Shown: one piece after another, positions 1 through 13,487 of the stretch
Layout of the letters: each line of letters begins with the position of its first letter
Numbering within the stretch: position 1 is the stretch's first letter
From: Octopus sinensis
Taxonomy: Eukaryota
Reading direction: 5' to 3'
Assembly (NCBI RefSeq): GCF_006345805.1
Contig: NC_043025.1
Span: 11,594,001-11,658,000 of the forward strand
Length of the DNA stretch: 64,000 nucleotides
Position numbers and translations under genes: made by a program
The notes under the pieces: model-generated
What the model was told of the DNA's origin: nothing
Database searches by the model: none
What the model saw: only the letters and a program-made list of their open reading frames with translations

Positions 1-74
<74 letters not shown>

Positions 75-370
75 ATATATATATGTATATATATATATAT
101 TATATTTATAAAATGTGGAGGCACATGGCCTAGTGGCTAGAGCAGCGGACTCGCAGTTGGGGGATCGCGGGTTTGAATCTCAGACCGGGCGATGTGTGTG
201 TTTATGAGCGAAACACCCAAGCTCCATACGGCTCCAGCAGAAGGTAATGGTGAACATCTGCTGACTCTTTTGCAGCTCACCTGCGACGGACCGGCGTCCC
301 ATCTAGGTGGGGAACCTATACACCAAGGAAGCCAGGAAACTGGCTCTTATGAGCCAGGCATGATACTTAC

Positions 371-481
371 CAGGAAATTCAGCAACAGTTGTCCAGAGAA
401 GGTCAATATAGTCACCCTTGGACAACATCTTACACTCCAGTGGACAGTGAGGCTCAGCCCTGAAAACAGTCTTGTTACCAA
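371..481 (-). CDS. SVOP: SVOP exon 11 ([37 protein letters not shown]); gene continues beyond window start
   Basis: ctttcag acceptor and gtaagt donor, 111 nt. Matches C.L.C..L...DY.DLLWTT..EFPG. Confidence 0.95.
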
Positions 482-802
482 CTGAAAGAGAGAGAGAGAG
501 AGTTAAATATAGTGACCACCACCACTGATGAAATGTTGTTTGGACTCTAGATGCTGAGAGAGAATTTAGAGATAGATAAACAGATAGAGAAAGAGAGAGG
601 GTGTTAAATATAGTGACACATGAAAGGCAGCAATACTGGCGACACCTAAAAGGGCACCCGTAAAAGGACCCACAAGACACACGTAGTACACTCTATGGAG
701 TGTTTGGCGTTAGGAAGGGTATGTTGCCATAGAAACCATGCCAAAACTGACCGGAGCTTGATGCAGTCTTCTGACAAACCATAGAACCTTGTGAAAGGTA
801 GG

Positions 803-1499
803 AGAGTCCAGTTTGCTGGACATTGTTGTAGAGCTGAAAAAGAGGTAATTTCTACTCTTCTCCTCTGGAAGCCATCTACTCGCAATACCAGAGGGCGCAC
901 ACTCTCCTACTCTGATGTAATCTCCAGAGATACAGGCATCCAGCAACAGGACCTCCGCAATGCCATGATGGACCGTGAAGTCTGGCGTAGCATGGTAAAT
1001 TCCATTGTCTCGACCACGGTCGAAGAATGAATGATGATATATATACATACATATATATACACATACACACACATATAAACACACACACACACACATGGAC
1101 ACGTTAAAAGTCCAGACACGTAGAAGAGTCCAGTTTGCTGGACATTGTTGTAGAGCTGAAAAAGAAGTAATTTCTACTCTTCTCCTCTGGAAGCCATCTA
1201 CCCGCAATACCAGAGGGTGCACACTCTCCTACCCTGATGTAATCTCCAGGGATACAGGCATCCAGCAACAGGACCTCCGCAATGCTGTGATGGACCGTGA
1301 AGTCTAGCGTAGCATGGTAAATTCCATTGTCTCAACCACGGTTGCGATACCAGAGGGCGCACACTCTCCTACCCTGATGTAATCTCCAGGGATACAAGCA
1401 TCCAGCAACAGGACCTCCGTAATGCCATGATGGACCGTGAAGTCTGGCACAGCATGGTAAATTCCATTGTCTCGACCACGGTCAAACAATGATGATGAT
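803..1499 (+). mobile_element. Three clustered 3' ends of an RTE-type LINE ORF2 with (TGA)n tails
   Basis: RVQFAGHCCRAEKEVISTLLLWKP...RGRTLSY.DVISRDTG...DREVWR is repeated at about 803, 1123 and 1343 (the third is partial). Copies 1 and 3 end in (GAT)n. Confidence 0.75.
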
Positions 1500-1662
1500 A
1501 GAACCTATGCCAGAATGGAAAATGGACATTAAATGATGATGATGATGTGGAATCGTACAGACTATAGCCACTAGAACCTCATAATTGTAAGACAAAATTA
1601 TCGATGGCATTGCCATATTGTCTTGAAAAGAAGGAATGTCTTGGAAGACAGCTACCACTTAC

Positions 1663-1739
1663 CAGCACAGTTGCTGCCAGACTCAAAGAGTTCGGTTGTC
1701 ATCAGAATTACACCAAAGTAACAGAAGCTGTTGGAAAAC
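1663..1739 (-). CDS. SVOP: SVOP exon 10 (FSNSFCYFGVILMTTELFESGSNCA)
   Basis: ttgtag acceptor and gtaagt donor, 77 nt. Matches FSNAFSYYGLVLLTTELF. Confidence 0.96.
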
Positions 1740-1974
1740 CTACAAAAAGACAAAACATACGAATATATATACATACATGTATATATATATATACATACAC
1801 ATGTGTATGTACATATGCATATATATGTGTATGTGTGTGTGTGTATATACACACACACACAAATTTTAAAATTTTAGAATCTCTGTACTCGAAAATGAGA
1901 GATTCTGTAAAAAAAAGAAAAACTGAAAGTGGGTGCAGTCCAGATTCTTTACATCTGTCTTCTTTTCCATCGTA

Positions 1975-2525
1975 ACCCAAATAACTTGATCAAATAATCT
2001 TCCCACCATCATCATAGAAGCCTTCCAAAGGGCCTTTTCTGGTCTCTTGGATACCACTTGGCAACGACATGGGTACACTTGTTTTATGAGAGCCTTGTGG
2101 ACATGTCTAGTGCAGCGGGAACTTGTGCTTTCTGTATTCTGTGATCACATGTATTCACAAATTATCTCACTTCGAATGTGTTCTCTTAGTTGTGTTTTGA
2201 GCATGGATCTTTTGAAGGACCCTTGTGTTGTAGATAATCAATGTTCTATCCTCTTGGTAGTAGCTCACATCTTACTTGTATATAAGAGCACAGATAGGAC
2301 GGTGGGTGCAACTGAAGAGCCCGGTACATAAGGCATTGTCTAGCATTGTCTGGAACACATCCTATGTTGAGTTAAATGCCTTCCATCTGGTCCTTATTCC
2401 CTGAGATTTCAGCATCCATATCTCAGAGCATGTTCGCTGTGTACCCTAAGGAGATGTACTCCTTCGCTTCCTTGATTTCATCACTTCCTAACTCTATTTG
2501 GCCTTGGGCTACATCTTTTGGCTGC
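1975..2525 (-). mobile_element. Old, frameshifted RTE LINE RT C-terminal fragment
   Basis: Minus-strand pieces IELGSDEIKEAKEYISLG and KRSMLKTQLREHIRSE, interrupted by stops. Confidence 0.5.
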
Positions 2526-3217
2526 ATGTGTTTTGTTTTTCATTTTTTTTTCTTTTTACTTGTTTTAGTCATTTGACTGCAGCCATGCTGGAGCACTGCC
2601 TTTTTAGTCGGGCAAATCGACCCCAGGACTTATTCTTTGTAAGCCCAGTACTTATCCTATCAGTCTATTTTGCCAAAGCGCTAAGTTACGGGGACGTAAA
2701 CACACCAGCATCGGTTGTCAAGCAATGCTAGGAGGACAAACACAGACAGACAGACACACACACACACACACACACACATACATATATATGACGGGCTTCT
2801 TCCAGTTTCCGTCTACCAAATCTCCCTGACAAAGCTTTTGTTGGCCCAAGGCTATAGAAGAAGACACTTGCCCAAGGTGCCATGCAGTGGGACTGAACCC
2901 GGAACCATGTGGTTGGTAAGCAACACGTACACACATATACACATGTTTTGTGCAGAACACAACATAAATAAAAAGAAATGAAATGAGTTTAAATATTAGA
3001 AAGCCTTACTGTGGGAGAAATAAAAATGTAAACACGTTCTCCCTATGATGTGTATAAAAAAGAGCAAAGAAGGGAGTTCCCTACACACACACAAATGGCA
3101 GGTAACATTACAAACAGGCTAAAAGGAAAGAGAGGGGATATTTAAGAGAAAGAGGGAGAGAGAGAGAGAGAGCGAAGAGAAGAGAGAAGCAAAGACAGAA
3201 ATGGAAATTGAACTCAC

Positions 3218-3300
3218 CACACCAGCCACAGTAGTAGTGTAGTTAAACGCATATCTGGTTTTAACATGTCCAAAATACTGCCTCGATTTACATGCTCAGC
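3218..3300 (-). CDS. SVOP: SVOP exon 9 (AEHVNRGSILDMLKPDMRLTTLLLWLVW)
   Basis: tttcag acceptor and gtgagt donor, 83 nt. Matches RG..DL..P..R.TTLLLW. Confidence 0.95.
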
Positions 3301-3641
3301 CTGAAATATAGAAATATATTCGGAGTACACGGTAAGCACTTCACTAAATGTTCAGCTATCAAGAATGACAGTAGGTTAAACTAGGGGGCAAGATTAATTT
3401 TGCTATCCTAAAAATACAGGATTCACTATGAAGGAGAATATATAAGGATTAACCGAAATAAGAGAGGTGAGAGATGAAATGTTTATTCCATTTGTTGACA
3501 GCTGTTTCATAATCTGTATCCAGTTACACTTGGGCAAGTGTCTTCTACTATAGCCTTGGGCCAACCAAAGCCTTGTGAGTAGATTTGGTAGACGGAAACT
3601 GAAAGAAGACCATGGTATATATGTGTGTGTCTATATATATA

Positions 3642-4070
3642 GGTGCAGGTATGGTGGTGTCATAAGGAGTATGCTTCCCAACCACATGGTTCTGGGTTCA
3701 ATCCCACTGCGTGGCACCTTGGGCAAGTGTCTTCTACTATAGCCTTGGGCCGACCAAAGCCTTGTGAGTGGATTTGGTAGACAGAAACTGAAAGAACCCT
3801 GCCGTGTATATGTATATATATATATACATATATATATGGTGTGTGTGTGTGGTGTGTGTGTGTGTGTGTGTGTTTGTCCTCCCCAACATCACTTGACAAC
3901 TGATGCTGGTGTGTTTACATCCTCATAACTTAGTGCTTCGGCAAAAGAGACCGATAGAACAAGTACTAGGCTTACAAAGAATAAGTACTGGGGTCGATTT
4001 GTTCGACTAAAGGCGGTGCTCCAGCATGGCCGCAGTCAAATGACTGAAACAAGTAAAAGAGTAAAAGAGT
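3642..4070 (+). mobile_element. Bipartite SINE (tRNA-like/CORE-like head + internal (TA)n(TG)n + 3' module); representative copy
   Basis: Head GGAGTGGCTGTGTGGTAAG...GGTTCAGTCCC and a CORE-like ACCTTGGGCAAGT, then a microsatellite and a roughly 210-bp module ending (GTAAAAGA)n. Similar copies on + at about 5288, 7883, 26104, 39558, 40158 and 62895, and on - at about 2555, 11105, 15440, 20320, 24625, 40945, 48817 and 56630. Confidence 0.85.
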
Positions 4071-4546
4071 ATACCCACAAAAAAGCAGACACAATGTCTT
4101 GAATGCATATAAGTACCCCAAATATATCCAATATTGAATTCTGTAGCAAGCTACGACACGTGTGTACCTGGTGAAGAATAGCACACAAGTAGCTAGACTG
4201 CCCCGAAGGGAATGGGAATTAATTCAATTATAATATCACCGTGATCACCGTGACCGACCAGGCTATCAGATGTTGCTACACATCGCTGGTCACAATACGC
4301 TTTGCATTGTTTTAGCCTTCAAATGATGCCACTCCGCTGGCGAAGCGAGCAGGCCAACAGAAGAAAGAGTGAGAAAAAGTTGTGGCGAAAGAGTACAGCA
4401 GGGGTCGCCACCATCCCCTGCCAGAGCCTCGTGGAGCTTTATGTGTTTTTGCTCAGTAAACACTCACAACGCCTGGTCTGGGAATCGAAACCGCGATCCT
4501 ACGACCGCGTGAGTCTGCTGCCCTAACCACTAGGCCGTTGCGTCTC

Positions 4547-4635
<89 letters not shown>

Positions 4636-4978
4636 GATAGATAGTGAGAGAGAGAGAGAAAGTGAGAGAAATTTGTGGCGAAAGAGTACAGCAGGGGTTG
4701 CCACCACCCTCTGCCGGAGCCTCGTGGAGCTTTAGGTGTTTTTGCTCAATAAACACTCACAATGCCCGGTCTGGGAATCGAAACTGCGATCCTACGACCG
4801 CGAGTCCACGGCCCTAACCACTGAGCCATTGCACCTCCACTCAATTATAATATAAAAAAATAAAATGGTTAAAAATTTTATCAGTGGCCAACATGTAAAA
4901 ACAGACCTATTTTTAACAATTTGACAGGGTAATCTGAATGCCAAAGGTTTAAAGAGAACTACCAAAAAGAACCCTTAC

Positions 4979-5110
4979 CTGGGAATCGCACTCCTTCAAC
5001 CGGCCCAGTAACATTGGTTTACCATTTTCTTTGGCTATTCGTTGAATTGTTTCTTCAGCCTTCTCAGCATTTCCACGGCAGATTTCAAACCTGGCACTTT
5101 CCGGAAGCCA
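4979..5110 (-). CDS. SVOP: SVOP exon 8 (WLPESARFEICRGNAEKAEETIQRIAKENGKPMLLGRLKECDSQ)
   Basis: ttccag acceptor and gtaagg donor, 132 nt. Carries the MFS PESxR motif. Confidence 0.96.
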
Positions 5111-5241
5111 CTGGAAGGAGAGAGAGAAAAGAATGATATGACGAAGAGAAGGAGGAGAGGGTGTACAGGGCTGGAGGAGAAGAAAAATCAGAGGGAAGAG
5201 TTGGGAGAAGTGGGGAGGGAATAGGGGAATCGCCGATAACA

Positions 5242-5452
5242 GATCTTTTCGGTTTGAACGGCAGTTTTTTAAAATAATTTCCACATAGGCACAGGAGTGG
5301 CTGTGTGGTAAGTAGCTTGCTAACCAACCACATGGTTCCGGGTTCAGTCCCACTGCGTGGAATCTTGGGCAAGTGTCTTCTGCTATAGTCCCGGGCCAAC
5401 CAATGCCTTGTGAGTGGATTTGGTAGACGGAAACTGAAAGAAGCCTGTCGTA

Positions 5453-5510
<58 letters not shown>

Positions 5511-6200
5511 ATATGTGTTTGTGTGTCTGTGTTTGTCTCCCTAGCATTGCTTGACAACCGATGCTAGTCTGTTAACGTCCCCGTAACTTAGTGGTTCGGC
5601 AAAAGAGTCCGATAGAATAAGTACTGGGCTTACAAAGAATAAGTCCCGGGGTCGATTTGCTCGACTAAAGGCAGTGCTCCAGCATGGCCGCAGTCAAATG
5701 ACTGAAACAAGTAAAAGAGAAAAAGAGTAAGAGAGAGTAACTAAACACTTTTAAACTTCGTATTCTGGTAGAATGTGACAAAATAAAACATCTTTTTTTC
5801 TTGGCTTTATTGAGAAAATTCTATAGTTTGTAAGATATTTGTTGTTTTTTTTTCTTCAATTTCTGCAATTTCAACCAATCAATGACGTCTATTGTGCAAC
5901 AACTAATAAATACATTCGGTTGTGCAAATTCTTTGCACGGGAAACCTGCCTTTGTGTGGCGTGTTTCCCCATTTTGTAAATTCGTCTTCGGCTTTCCCAG
6001 CCATTTTCTGCTTTGAGCAATGGCGACTTCAAAGCCATGAAGTCGTCGTCGAGAAGATCGGTGGTCTCCTTGGCAACGCTTACGGCGTTGATTTCCCTAC
6101 CCTCCCCTTTCCCACAGCTTCACGAGGGAGGGAAAGAAGGGGAGGAGCAACACAGGTGCACGTGCGAGCATGGACGCCGACACCGCCGACACATGGAAAG
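5242..6200 (+). mobile_element. GGATC-TIR MITE variant interrupted by a bipartite SINE (5288-5730)
   Basis: TIR GATCTTTTCGGTTTGAACGGCAG at 5242, and the sequence resumes at 5735. A sister copy lies at 6999-7550 and an inverted partial copy at about 6600-6760. Confidence 0.6.
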
Positions 6201-7836
6201 AATTTGGAAGGACCCAGACGACAGCTTCACAGTCAACGACTTCTACGGACAACTCTGCCACGACCACCACCACGACCACTACCTATTTCTTTACTACCCA
6301 CAAGGGGCTAAACACAGAGGGGACAAACAAAGACAGACATAGGTATTTAGTCGATTACATCAACCCCAGTGCGTAACTGGTACTTAATTTATCGACCCCG
6401 AAAGGATGAAAGGCAAAGTCGACCTCGGCGGAATTTGAACTCACAACGTAACGCAGACGAAATACCGCTTAGCATTTCGCCCGGTGTGCTAACGTTTCTG
6501 CCAGCTCCACTACCGCCGCCACCACGACCACGACCACGACCACGACGACCATCACCACCACTACCGCCGCCGCCACGACGACGACCACCACCATCATCAC
6601 CAATTTTCCGTGTGTCGGCGTCCACGCTAACACCTGCATCTGTGTTTCTCCTCCCCTTCTTCCCCTCCCTCGTGAAGCTGTGGGGAAGGGGAGGGGAGGG
6701 AAATCAACGTCGTGAGCGTTGTCAAGGAGACCACCGATCTTCTCGACGACGACTTCATGGCTTCGTATTCTGGTAGAATGTGTCAAAATAAAATATATAT
6801 ATATATATATATACAATAACTGAGGTGAATATACTATAGGTTAACGGGGCACGACGTATTGTATTTCTGAAAGCTTATGAAACAGCCGTATCAAACTGTT
6901 TTTTGTTGTTTTTTTCTTGTTATAATGTTTTATTTAAATAACAATTCTTAATTGCATACGACATAAATTAGCAAAAAAAATTTGAATTAGAAATATTTGG
7001 ATCATTTCGGTTTGACCGGCAGTTTTTAACATAATTTATAGGTAACTAAACACTTTTAGACTTCGTATACTGGTAGAATGTGTTTATAAAACATTTTTTT
7101 CTCTTGGCTTTATTGAGAAAATTCTATAGTTTGTAAGATATTTGTTGTTTTTTGTCCTCAATTTCTGCAATTTCAACCAATCAATGACGCCTATTGTGCA
7201 ACAACTAATAAATACATTCGGTCGTGCAAATTCTTTGCACGGGAAACCTGCCTTTGTGTGGCGTGTTTCCCCATTTTGTAAATTCGTCTTCGGCTTTCCT
7301 AGCCATTTTTTGCTTTGAAGATGGCGACTTCAAAGCCATGAAGTCGTCGTCGAGAAGATCGGTGGTCTCCTTGGCAACGCTTACGGCGTTGATTTCCCTA
7401 CCCTCCCCTTTCACACAGCTTCACGAGGGAGGGAAAGAAGGGGAGGAGCAACACAGGTGCACGTGTGAGATGGACGCCGCCGACACACGGAAAGAATTTG
7501 GAAGGAACCAGACGACAGCTTCACAGTCAACGACTTCTACGGACAACTCTGCCACGACCACCACCACGACCACCACGACCACCATCACCACCACCTCCAC
7601 CACCATCACCACCACCTCCACCATCACCACCACCATCTCCACCGCCGCCGCCACCATCACCTCCACCACCACCACCTCCTTGTAAGTGGTTGTAAGTAGC
7701 TTGCTTACCAACCACATGGTTCTGGGTTCAGTCCCACTGCGTGGCACCTTGGGCAAGTGTCTTCTACTATAGCCTCGCGCTGACCAAAGCCTTGTGAGTA
7801 GATTTGGTAGACGGAAACTGAAAGAAGCCCATCTTA

Positions 7837-7876
<40 letters not shown>

Positions 7877-8299
7877 CATAGGCATAGGTGTGGCTGTGTG
7901 GTAAATAGCTTGCTTTCCAACCACATGGTTCCGGGTTCAGTCCCACTGCGTGGCACCTTGGGCAAGTGTCTTCTACTATAGCCTCGCGCCGACCAAAGCC
8001 TTGTGAGTAGATTTGGTATACGGAAACTGAAAGAAGCCTGTCGTATATATATGTATATATATGTGTGTGTGTTTGTGTGTGTATATGTTTGTGTGTCTGT
8101 GTTTGTCCCCCCACCATCGCTTGACAACCGATGTTGGTGTGTTCATGTCCCTGTAACTTAGCGGATCGGCAAAAGAGACCGATAGAAATGTGTACTGGGG
8201 TTGTTGCATTTGATTAAGATTCCTTAAGCTGATGCCCCAGCATGGCCGCAGTCCAATGACTGAAACAAGTAAAAGATAAAAAAAGACAAAAGATATATT

Positions 8300-9085
8300 T
8301 CTTATTTCTTTACTACCCACCAGGGGCCAAACACAGAGGGGACAAACTAGGACAGACAAACGGAGTAAGTCGATTACATCGACCCCAATGCATAACTGGT
8401 ACTTATTTAATCGACCCCGAAAGGATGAAAATCAAAGTCAACCTCGGCGGAATTTGAACTCAGAACGTAGCGGCAGACAAAATGCCTATTTCTTTATTGC
8501 CCACGAGGGGCTAAACATAGAGGGGAAAAACTAGGACAGACAATGGATTAAGTCGATTACATCGACCCCAATGCATAACTGGTACTTAATTTATCGACCC
8601 CGAAAGGATGAAAGGCAAAGTTGACCTCGGCGGAATTTGAACACAGAACGTAACGGCAGACGAAATACCTATTTCTTTACTACCCACAAGGGGCTAAACA
8701 CAGAGGGGACAAACAAGGACAGACAAAGGGATTAAGTCGATTACATCGACCCCAGTGCATAACTGGTACTTAATTTATCGACCCCGAAAGGATGAAAGGC
8801 AAAGTTGACCTCGGCGGAATTTGAACACAGAACATAACAGCAGACGAAATACCTATTTCTTTACTACCCACAAGGGGCTAAACACAGAGGGGACAAACTA
8901 GGACAGACAAATGGATTAAGTCGATTACATCGACCCCAGTGCATAACTGGTACTTAATTTATTGACCCCGAAAGGAAGAAAGGCAAAGTCGACCTCGGCG
9001 GAACTTGAACTCAGAAAGCAACGACGGATGAAATACCACAAAGCATTTCGCCCGGCGCGCTAACGTTTCTGCCAGCTCGCCGCCT
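8300..9085 (-). mobile_element. Tandem tetramer of a second tRNA-type SINE (period about 184 bp)
   Basis: Unit starts at 8304, 8488, 8671 and 8855. Only the rightmost copy carries the 5' head AGGCGGCGAGCTGGCAGAAACG. Confidence 0.85.
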
Positions 9086-9231
9086 AAAGATATATTTCTA
9101 GACCTATCCAACCCACAGGATGTTGGAGTAGCATAGGCTTGGATGGGAAGAGAGTATAAAAAGTGAAAAAAAAAAACTAAAAGAAAAGAAAAACATTACA
9201 TAAAAGACTAAAAAAAATGGTGGATACTTAC

Positions 9232-9357
9232 TAAACAGAAGGCAGAAAATATTAAAAGTGGAACCGCAGAGAGCACCAGTAACCATCGCCATCCAAGAAC
9301 CGGCATGATGAAGAGAGCAAGCATAACCTCGAAACAAGCTCCAATGGCCCAGAATAC
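9232..9357 (-). CDS. SVOP: SVOP exon 7 ([42 protein letters not shown])
   Basis: tttcag acceptor and gtaagt donor, 126 nt. FWAIG and GWRWLL motifs. Confidence 0.96.
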
Positions 9358-9734
9358 CTGAAAATAAATATCATCATCATCATCATCATCATCGTTTAAC
9401 GTCCGCTTTCCATGCTAGCATGGGTTGGACGGTTCCACCATGGTCTGGGAAGCCAAGAGGCTGCACCAGGCTCCAGTCAGATCTGGCAGTGTTTCTACAG
9501 CTGGATGCCCTTCCTAACACCAACCACTCCGCGAGTGTAGTGGGTGCTTTTTACCTTACTATCTCCTCCTCATCATCATCATCGTTCAACGTCCGTTTTC
9601 CATGCTAGCATGGGTTGGACGGTTCAACTGGGGTCTGGGAAGCCAGGAGGCTGCACCAGGCTCCAGTCAGATCTGGCAGTGTTTCTACAGCTGGATGCCC
9701 TTCCTAACGCCAAATATATAAAAGAATAAAGTAA

Positions 9735-11095
9735 AATGTATGAAGATCAGACTGGAGCTTGGTGCACGCTGACATTACACATCCGGCAGAGCACTCTGGC
9801 TTCATTCCTTGCGAGCTTACAAATGCCCAGAGCAGTCACAGCCCATGTTTCACTGCCATATTGCATGGCTGTTCGCACACATGCATCATACAGTCTACCT
9901 TTTACTCTGAGCGAGAGGCCCTTTGTCACCAGCTGAGGTAGGAGCTCTCTGAGCTTTGCCCAGGCTATTCTTATTCTGGCAGCTACACTTTCAGAGCACC
10001 CACCCCTACTACTGACTTGGTTACCTAGGTAATGGAAGCTGTTGCATGGCTGTTCGTACACATGCGTCATACAGTCTACCTTTTACTCTGAGCGAGAGGC
10101 CCTTTGTCACCAGCTGAGGTAGGAGCTCTCTGAGCTTTGCCCAGGCTATTCTTATTCTGGCAGCTACACTTTCAGAGCACCCACCCCTACTACTGACTTG
10201 GTTACCTAGGTAATGGAAGCTGTTGCATGGCTGTTCGCACACATGCATCATACAGTCTACCTTTTACTCTGAGCGAGAGGCCCTTTGTCACCAGCTGAGG
10301 TAGGAGCTCTCTGAGCTTTGCCCAGGCTATTCTTATCTAGCAGCTACACTTTCACAGAGCACCCACCCCTACTACTGACTTGGTTACCTAGGTAATGGAA
10401 GCTGTTGCATGGCTGTTCGTACACATGCGTCATACAGTCTACCTTTACTCTGAGCGAGAGGCCCTCTGTCACCAGCTGAGGTAGGAGCTCTGAGCTTGCC
10501 CAGGCTATTCTTATTCTAGCAGCTACACTTTCAGAGCACCCACCCCTACTACTGACTGACTTGGTTACCTAGGTAATGGAAGCTGTTGCATGGCTGTTCG
10601 TACACATGCATCATACAGTCTACCTTTTACTCTCTGGCGAGAGGCCCTTTGTCACCAGCTGAGGTAGGAGCTCTCTGAGCTTTGCCAGGCTATTCTTATT
10701 CTAGCAGCTACACTTTCAGAGCACCCACCCCTACTACTGACTTGGTTACCTAGGTAATGGAAGCTGTTGCATGGCTGTTCGTACACATGCATCATACAGT
10801 CTACCTTTTACTCTGAGCGAGAGGCCCTTTGTCACTAGCTGAGGTAGGAGCTCTCTGAGCTTTGCCCAGGCTATTCTTATTCTAGCAGCTACACTTTCAG
10901 AGCACCCACCCCTACTACTGACTTGGTTACCTAGGTAATGGAAGCTATCAACTACTTGCAGTTTTTCCCCTGGCATGTGGCAGAAGCTGTTTTCTGCACA
11001 TTTTCAGTGTTTATTGCCCCTGAGCATCTGCCACACGCAAAAACAAGCTTCCCAGTTAATCTTCCTTCGATATTGCTGCACCTCTTATGTGTCCA
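9735..11095 (-). mobile_element. RTE LINE RT fragment containing a 6x tandem amplification of a 181-bp segment
   Basis: SFHYLGNQVSSRGGCSESVAARIRIAWAKLRELLP...KGRLYDACVRTAM.YGSETW. The anchor AATGGAAGC recurs at 10031, 10212, 10394, 10575, 10756 and 10937. Confidence 0.9.
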
Positions 11096-11782
11096 TAGCT
11101 TACACTCTTTTACTCTTTTACTTGTTTCAGTCATTTGACTGTGGCCATGCTGGAGCACCGCCTTTAGTCGAGCAAATCGATCCCAGGACTTATTCTTTGT
11201 AAGCCTTGTACTTATTCTATCGGATCTCTTTTGCCAAACCGCTAAGTTACAGGGACGTAAACACACCAGCATCGGTTGTCAAGCGATGTTCAGGGGACAA
11301 ACACACACACACACACACCACACACAGACACACATATATATACGACGGGCTTCTTTCAGTTTCTGCCTACCAATCAACTGACAAGGCTTTGGTCAGCCCA
11401 AGGCGCCACACAGTGGGACTGAACCCAGAACCATGCGGTTGGTAAGCAAGCTACTTACCACACAGCCACTCCTGCACCTATATATATATATATATATATA
11501 CGACGGGCTTCTTTCAGTTTCCGTCTACCAAATCCACTCACAAGGCTTTGGTCGGCCTGAGGCTATAGCAGAAGAAACTTTGCCCAAGGTGTCACACAGT
11601 GGGACTGAACCCAGAACCACGTGGTTGGTAAGCAAGCTACTTACCACACAGCCACTCCTACACCACTGGGTACATCGTATGGAGTTTCTACCTACGCCTT
11701 TTCTACAGATCGAGCAGAGCCATCTACCTGAAGGGAATTGTGATTCGTTTACCTTCTTTACTTATCAAAACGAGAAACTTAC

Positions 11783-11846
11783 CTCTATAAATAGGACACA
11801 GGTAGCTCGAGTCTTGCCGGGTAGAAATTCAGCATACAGGGTGATT
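11783..11846 (-). CDS. SVOP: SVOP exon 6 (ITLYAEFLPGKTRATCVLFIE)
   Basis: ctccag acceptor and gtaagt donor, 64 nt, phase-compatible with exons 5 and 7. TLYAEFLP motif. Confidence 0.96.
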
Positions 11847-12114
11847 CTGGAGGGTGGCATGAGGGTAAGAGAAAGAGAGAAGGAGAGAAAAAGAGAATTA
11901 AGTCCGTCACCATTGCATGCATCATCATCAGCAACAGCATCAACATCATCGACATTCGGTCATCACTACCATCACCATCATCATCACCATTATCACCACC
12001 ATTAATTATATCACCATCATAATCGTCATCACAACCACTACCATTGTTATTATAGTCATTACAACTACCACCACCACCACCACCGCCACCACAACCACCA
12101 CCACCACAACCACC

Positions 12115-12145
<31 letters not shown>

Positions 12146-12733
12146 CCGCAACCACCACCAGCACTACCACCACCACCACCACAACCACCACCACCACCTA
12201 TTTCTTTACTTCCCACAAGGGGCTAAACACAGAGGGGACAAACAAGGACAGACTAACAAATTAAATCGATTACATTGACCCCAGTGCGTAACTGGTACTT
12301 AATTTATCGACCCCGAAAGGATGAAAGGCAAAGTCGACCTCGACGGAATTTGAACCCAGAACGTAGCGGCAGACAAAATATGGCTACGCATTTCGCCCGG
12401 CGTGCTAACGATTCTGCCAGCTCCCAGCTGAAAATACATATAGTGTATCTGACCCCTAACTTTACAAGTAGTAGTAGATAAGGTCCAGCAGAGCCTTAGC
12501 TATACATATAATGGTATGTGGGGCCATTAGGCCTCTAGCTGCATATATAGTTTACCTGACCCCTAACTATACAAGTAATAGTATATAGTGTCCATTAAGT
12601 CCATAACTGTATATATAGTCTACCTGAACCCTAACTATACAAGTCATAGTATGTAAGGTCCATCAGGTCCCTAGCTGCATGTGTAGCACATCTGATCTAT
12701 ACAGCCACTCCTGCGCATCAAATTAAAGTGAAC

Positions 12734-12805
12734 TGCCGTGACCAGGATTTGAACCTGGGTTACTACGGTCACAACGTGAGGTCCTAACCACTAGACGATC
12801 ACGGC
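12734..12805 (-). tRNA. tRNA-His(GTG), near-canonical with a few substitutions (gene or recent pseudogene)
   Basis: Minus strand reads GCCGTGATCGTCTAGTGGTTAGGACCTCACGTTGTGACCGTAGTAACCCAGGTTCAAATCCTGGTCACGGCA (72 nt). Acceptor and T stems are perfect and the anticodon is GTG. The anticodon stem has one C-A mismatch, and there is no run of 4 or more T immediately downstream. Confidence 0.85.
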
Positions 12806-13085
12806 TATTTGCCCAGCTACACACGTAAGGGTGTGTAGATACAATAACTGACCTATGTGTAATTCATCAATGTACTTAACTACAGCAAACTAGATCAGCC
12901 ACAATTCCATATGGTACCGGCTTAACACCACCAGCTGTAACCGCACACAGAACTTATGTGAACCTACATCAATGCTAACACTCAGAACAGCTGTTGCAAA
13001 TGAAATCTGGTGCCTTTTCTGTTTGGTATCTATTTACAACAATTTCGTATTCTTACCCAATTGGCATACATTTAAAACTGATATT

Positions 13086-13095
13086 GATGATGATG

Positions 13096-13131
<36 letters not shown>

Positions 13132-13442
13132 TCTATAATAATAATGATAACAATAATAACATCTATAATAATAATAACATCTATAATAATAACATCTATA
13201 ATAATAATATCTATAATAATAATAATATCTATAATAATAATATCTATAATAATAATAATATCTATAATAATGATAATATCTATAATAATGATAATATCTA
13301 TAATAATAATAATATCTATAATAATAATAATATCTATAATAATAATAATATCTATAATAATGATAATATCTATAATAATGATAATATCTATAATAATAAT
13401 AATATCTATAATAATAATAATATCTATAATAATAATAATATC

Positions 13443-13487
<45 letters not shown>

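Noticed and set aside
525-560. Other CTGATGA/CTGAAGA heptamers (525, 2312, 21813, 28778)
   Set aside because: None is followed by a stem II, GAAA and a matching stem I.
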